Under the pieces are notes generated by a model. The model worked only from the letters and a program-made list of their open reading frames with translations, was not told where the DNA came from and ran no database searches. A stretch of 64,000 nt of DNA from Eledone cirrhosa. Its lineage: Eukaryota. The translations under genes and the position numbers were made by a program. The stretch spans positions 370,636,001 through 370,700,000 of the forward strand of contig OZ024740.1 of NCBI GenBank assembly GCA_964016885.1, written 5' to 3'. Positions 57,557 through 64,000 of the stretch are shown piece after piece (positions within the stretch are counted from its first letter, which is position 1; each line of letters starts with the position of its first letter).

Positions 57557-59899
57557 GTATACAAAACATAAGTCGACATAGAGTAATAGACTGAGATACA
57601 AACATTGAAATACTAACGTACACTAACATATAGACATATTCTTATATACAGGCATACACCAACACACCAACGTATTAGAAGATCTATCAAAACACATAAA
57701 CCCATAATCATTATTTTTTCATCTATACAATTTAAAAGGTCAAATCACATTTAAAACAAATTTATATTTGTCTATCAAGTAGTATCTGTGTTCGGAATTC
57801 TTTTAGATAGATTTCTATGTCATTTTATTTGTTATATGTTTATATTTATAGTATGCTATACCTAGCAGAAAAAATTCTTTTTTCCTTGCGATGACATGTA
57901 CGATATGTATATATCATGGCCCAATAATTCAGAACTAAGATTCTGGGACAGAATCAAAAGAATCAAATCGAAACATTTAAGATGTATGTGTTATAGATCT
58001 CATCAATTCACAGCTGTTCTGACTTCAGCACTTTATAATTTGTTGCCTATTTGAAAACATGATATGAAAATAAATTTCTTCTTTTTTTCTTTTTTTTGTA
58101 CCGGTGACATTTTCAAATGTCACCGGTACAAGTAAAACACACGAAAATCAACAACAAAAGCAGTAATAATTCCCAACATTACCAAAAAGCTGTTTTGTGA
58201 ATCTAAGGCGATTTAGAGTGAATAGATAAATGTCGAGGTATACTACTTATTTTATACATAACAGAAGAATGTATGGCAATCTTGGTTTCCAAACCTAAAT
58301 TACCGTAGCTAAAAACCCATTCTACCAACACACTCCGAAAAATATTTATGATAATATCTAAATTTCACATAGACTCATAGCGATGGAATAGTTGACGGTG
58401 AATTGGCACAGTCCTTAAAACGTCGGATAAGATACTTTGGAGTACTCGTCCCTGATATCTGCGCTCTCTGAGTTCAAATTCCGGCCAGGTCAACTTTATA
58501 TTTCATCCTGTCGCTGTCGATAAAAAAATATACCAGTCCAGTGTGGTGTTCCATTCATCTCTTTCTCGCTTCATCTCTCTTTCTCTCTCTCTCTCTCTCT
58601 CTCAGAAAGAAATCGGCTATATTTAAGCTTGTGGATAGGTGGGCTCCACCAGGTTTTAAAAAATACCCAAGACCTATCGTATGTCACAACGGTACCTATG
58701 ACGCCATCAGGAGTTACAGGTTCATACATACAGAAACTCTAGATCTATAGACATGGAGATAGGACTGACCGTGGAACATAGCTAATACCAGTAAATACCA
58801 AGAGGCTATAAGAAGTTTAAGTTGGCCAATATAAATATAACAAATTAGATAATATAAAGATTAAACTAAATAATATAAGGTATTTTTCATGTCTCACAGA
58901 TTTATGCCGAATACTCACATTATTGTACATGTATAAAGAAAGTGTCTCTTATTGTAATGAAAAGGTAAAGCAGTATGGGATGACTCTATTATGTTACTGG
59001 TACTTAATTTAGTCTGGTCGCTTTGGGGTGTTATTGATAACACATAACCCAGTACAACCTGTCACGATGTTGGGTCGTCGGCGACTAAACTGGCAACCCC
59101 ACCAATCTTGCTTTATGGGGAGGAAGATTATTGAGCACCTCACGAGATAAAAAACAAAACCTATCAAAGGGCAGGAAAAATCCAGGCGAGTCAACAACCA
59201 TCCAATACTGTGTACATATATATATCATATATTTTTATACGTTTCTATAAATATATACATTTTTATATGTTTCTATAAATATATACATTTATACATTTCT
59301 ATAAATGCATTAATATTTTTATCGGTCTCATTTTAAAACTTGCACAAATATTTTAAAATTGTAAATGTTTTTAATTATATGCATCATATATTAATATTGT
59401 AAATGTATTAATCTTATATAAAAGATTTTATAAAGGCTTTAAATTTATATGTATTTGTCCTGAACTTGTAAAAATATAGTCATTTGATTGTATTCATTGC
59501 GCATGTGTTTCTGATCGTTACCTGCCTTTGTTATTTCTTTATGTTTGCCTGTTTTTTGTGTCTTCTGTTGTCGTTATCCATTCATCATGCACGGGTATGC
59601 GGGCATAGTAGTCTATAGCCTTTGTCCTGCATAGTTTGCAGAAGGAAAACTCTTGCCACAATCCATGAGTAGATTAGACCCATTAACATTGGTTTGAAAT
59701 TAATCTAGTGTTGGCAGCACGAATAAACTTACACGAGGATATAAATCCCAGGATAATATCTGACGCAGGATAACCCTCATCATAAGGCTCTTAAGCCTTA
59801 AAATGCATTTCATCTAGAGATGGTGTTGCAGTAAAAATGCCCGGGTGTAAGTCTAGCAAACCACATCACCGATTTCTGCTATTTAAAAGGCCCTGACTA

Positions 59900-60815
59900 T
59901 GTAAAGTTCACATCCGATGACCAGAAAAACAGAAGTGGTGAAATGCTTTTAGATCTATTGAAAGAATACATTTTCTCTGCCAACTATAGCTTTATGAAAC
60001 CAAAATATAAATTGTGGAGATTTGAATATGCATCTGAAAAACACTCTCGGGTTTACTATCTCCTTTTTCGTAAGAAATGCCGTAATAGCGTAAAGAATTC
60101 TAGAGCGTATTCCTCATTCAACACAGTTGGCTCGGAAAACCGTATAGTATCAGCTCACGTTAAGCCTCATAGTATCAAACAAGCACCACCAAATACCATG
60201 AAAAGCATAGACTGGAAGTCAGTCTTAATGAACATAGATCTCTCCAAACTATATAGAAGTGAACAACAGATTCCAACATTTTTCGCCAGAACCTGAGCTT
60301 CTACCTTAAAATATAGATGAGATTTATTTCAATCTCTCAACTGTGTCTGTTCAGACTGCCACAGAAAAACTTCCTGAAAATAAATCTATCAAATATGAAC
60401 CTAACACTGCTACAATAGTAAAGGAGGCTCGTGAGAATCTTAAATCAATTTCCTTAAAATATCACACAAAACCTATAATGCTTGATAAAATCGCACTCAG
60501 TACTGCCAAGAAAAAACTTAATAGTGCATAACTTCAAGCAGAGGCAGATTACTTCAATAGCAAAATATCTGAAATAGTACACCTCCATATCACCAAACAA
60601 CATCATGCTGCATGGAAGACTATCTCTGAAATACCTAGTCAACCATTAGACTTAAAGGTGGCTCCAGAGATAAGTGTTTATCCAACTGGATTGATCATTT
60701 TACCAATATCTTCGGCAAAGAACTAACAATTCCCACCAACTACTCTTTACAAATATCCACATATCAGGTACCTTGGATATTCCAACTAACTACTTTAATC
60801 TTGATGAACTTTAAA

Positions 60816-60910
<95 letters not shown>

Positions 60911-62830
60911 TTTAAATTTGGTGGTACACTACTGGGTAGAATTGGTCATTTTGCCATGTTAATCATGATGTAATATGATGAAAGCACTCGACGTTATGCA
61001 ACTCATCCATCTTCGATGTTCCATCATGCTGGTTGTGCGGGAATGGAGTTAAATATTTTATAAAGTAAAATGACAGGAGGCCGGACATTTTGAATTCCCT
61101 TGATCATTTATTCCTGCAAACACTATGCACATTTCAGTGGCCAGGTTGCGTAAGAACCCGGTGACATCATCAGGTGTAAACTGCATAATAGTTGAATACC
61201 AAAGGAATGATGGTAAACACATTCCAAGAGTCTTTAAGGAAAAGAGCAACGAAAAAAAAACAACAGCTAAGAAAATAACGGAGAAGAAAAAAATGCGTTT
61301 TTGTTTTTGATTTAGGGACGAACGTGGCAGCCTGTTGATATCTTCGCATATACAGTTTATTAAATATTGGGTTCGAACAAGAAAACAAACAAGTGTAGGT
61401 GAAGAAATTATTACAACTCAAAATATGAGATTTATTACAATAAACTATTGAGAATGCTACATACAATTCTGTTTGTATGAAATCCTTATTTGCAGGTGTT
61501 TAAGTAAACCCATAGAGCAAATATTACAATGATAAATTAGACAAAAATAGTTAATTATATTGCATTTTAATAAATTAACACACGTTTCTTCCAAATCTTA
61601 AGCAGATATATAATTAATTATTATTTTATTAATCATATGAACAAAAGATTGGAATCATCAGAGTTAATAAAAAGAGAATATAAGGAACCTTGTAAAATAG
61701 TATCGATTTCAGATTTAGTCTAACGGGTGATGTTTACATTAAACGACGTCAAATTTGAATATGGCACTCAAACAAAGAAAACTTACTACAAATTTTGATA
61801 CTACATAAAAATAGTTGTAGACACCAAATATTGTAAGCTAGATTCAGTTTTTATTTTTGTTGATATCGGCAAAGCTTTTGATTCTGTTGACTGAAGCCTC
61901 ATGTTAGAAATTCTTGGTCTTTATGGTATTCCTCAGTAAATAATCGAAGTTATCAAGATCCTATATACGAACAATTCTGCAACAATCTACAGCCCAGATG
62001 CAGAGGCACAACCCATAGACATCAAAGCTGGATTTCTTCAAGGAGATATCTTGGCTCCTTTTTTTTTTTTTTCATTGTTGTTGTTGATTACATCCTGTGT
62101 ATGCCTATAGACTAAACCGATGAGAAAGGTCTAGAAATTCAATCTAGAAGGAGCTCTCGTCATCCTGCTCAATATCTCACAGACACTGATTTGGTTGATA
62201 ATATCGCTTTGATAAGTAATACACTTAATGAATGTCCAATATCTAATAACATCCTTTGAGATGGCTGTAAATTGTCAGACTTTATTTGAACAAGACAAAA
62301 ACTAAATACATGAATTGTTGCTAAACTATTGATCTATCTTCCACAATTAAGACGATAGCTATCTTGACTATAGATATCCTTTATCTTTAACTCGGAGAAA
62401 AACTGGACGGCTTTTAATTACCTATATAAAATCTGGACTTCAAAACTTGATGACAAATAAAAATTTTAGACTTACAAAACAATGATTGAACCAATTTTTT
62501 TATGGTTCCGAAACATAGACCTTGACATCAAGACAACACAAGCGTTTTGATGAGACACACACTCGACTATTAAAGTATGTTAAAAATATATTCTGGGTGG
62601 ACATCCAACACTCCAGCCAATCTATGGTTGACTTCTAAGAGTTTCACAGATTGTTAAAGCAAGAAGGGTGCAATTTGCTGATCACTTCCATAGAGCAGCC
62701 AATGAGGTAGTGTCACTCTTTTTCCTCTGCAAACCGGAGCCAGTCGGCCGTAAATCTCGTAAACTGACTTATCATGATACCACATCTAGAGACACTGGCA
62801 TTGGGCGTGATGACCTGGGAGTGACCTAGC
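59900..62830 (+). mobile_element. Highly decayed RTE-clade LINE interrupted by (TG)n and an unrelated insert of about 550 bp
   Basis: APE remnant NRSGEMLLDLL...SENRIVSA; RT remnants VFIFVDIGKAFDSVD, GFLQGDILAP, TDTDLVDNIAL, FYGSET; many stops. Confidence 0.82.
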
Positions 62831-64000
62831 GAGATGTTATGAAGTCGATCTCGACTGTTAAAAATCAACAGGGGGGAGTTTGAACTCAAATTAAAAGTGA
62901 ATGTAACTAAATACAGAAAGTGCTTAGTCCGATGATCTGTCGTTTTTTCCACCCTGTCATCATTACTAATTGTTACACTAGTCATAAATAAATAAATAGA
63001 TGAATAAAATAGATAAATAAATAAATAAATAAATAAGTGACTGATTGTCTTTGTTCTCTTACAACAGATATTGAATGAAAACACAGTCACCTCTGCATAT
63101 AATTGATGTCTCTACGAGAATAATTTGTATATATTGAAATATTTAAAGATGTTTGTTACTATAATAAACTTTAATTGGTTTTATATGAAATAAACAATCA
63201 TTCTGTTCAAACTATGCAATCATTCGTTTCATTAGCACTGTTAATGAGATTGGGCTATAATTATATTACAAAAGACTATAATTTTTCATTATATAGTTAA
63301 ATGTTTATATAGTTTATTTTCGTTTCTATCTGTTGTGATATTATAATAATGATAGTAACTTCGAAATTGTTAAAAATGGAAACAACAATCATTTTGAAAA
63401 ATGTAATGTTAAAATGTATACATGATGTTTGTTATCGATCTTATGACATGTTATTGACCTTATGATAGATATATATGTATATTTAATTTTACTTTGCTAG
63501 ACTACAAAAGTAGTAGTTGTTGATGTTTATCCCCAGGTCAGCCCTGTTTCAGCGGGCATGTAACCAAATGTATTCGAACTGTTTTACACACACAAATACA
63601 TACATACATACATACATACATACATACATACATACATACATACATACATACATACATACATACATGGTGGCTGCCAACTCGTTTTCGAGTACGGCCACTA
63701 CTTTATATCCATGTAGGAGAACCCCTATCGATGCGCTGAACGAGTGTGACGTTTTAGTCCAGCCAGCGACTTGAAAACTCTGGTACAAACACTACACTTG
63801 TGACAATTATTGACACATAGTGCTGGGCCCATGGTACCATGTGACGACAAGTGCAGAGAGATCTCCAGATACAAAGCAATGCCTGTGACGTGAAGCTTTT
63901 ATAGTGAGCAAAGGCACTGCACAAAGCCAGTCCCACTCTCTTAACCAAGATGATATTTACCAAAAAGAAGAACAAGTCAACATCATTGGATACCATCAGG

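Overview
Repeat-saturated, AT-rich animal genomic DNA. The SINE types and the dense (TA)n/(CA)n/(TACA)n/(GATA)n tracts suggest a cephalopod such as Octopus; this is an inference. No intact host gene is recognisable, and most ORF-track entries are microsatellite artefacts. Decayed transposons present: an R4/Dong-type non-LTR element in (TACA)n, a Tx1/L1 element in (TATC)n, two RTE remnants, a CRE-like end, a full-length Buster-type hAT with TIRs and an 8-bp TSD, a mariner MITE, SINEs, and many Penelope-like element (PLE) remnants in (TA)n. Reading both strands by eye gave about 26 type I hammerhead-ribozyme (HHR) motifs in about 13 sequence families. These include compensatory U3-A8 cores and very large helix II insertions. 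The best candidate for a new system is at 37810-39040: a non-coding 312-bp unit carrying one HHR, present as about 3.2 near-identical tandem copies preceded by an inverted partial copy. This is the footprint expected of a retrozyme-like circular RNA mobilised by PLE machinery. All structures were folded by eye, none is experimentally validated, and element boundaries are approximate unless a TSD or TIR is quoted.
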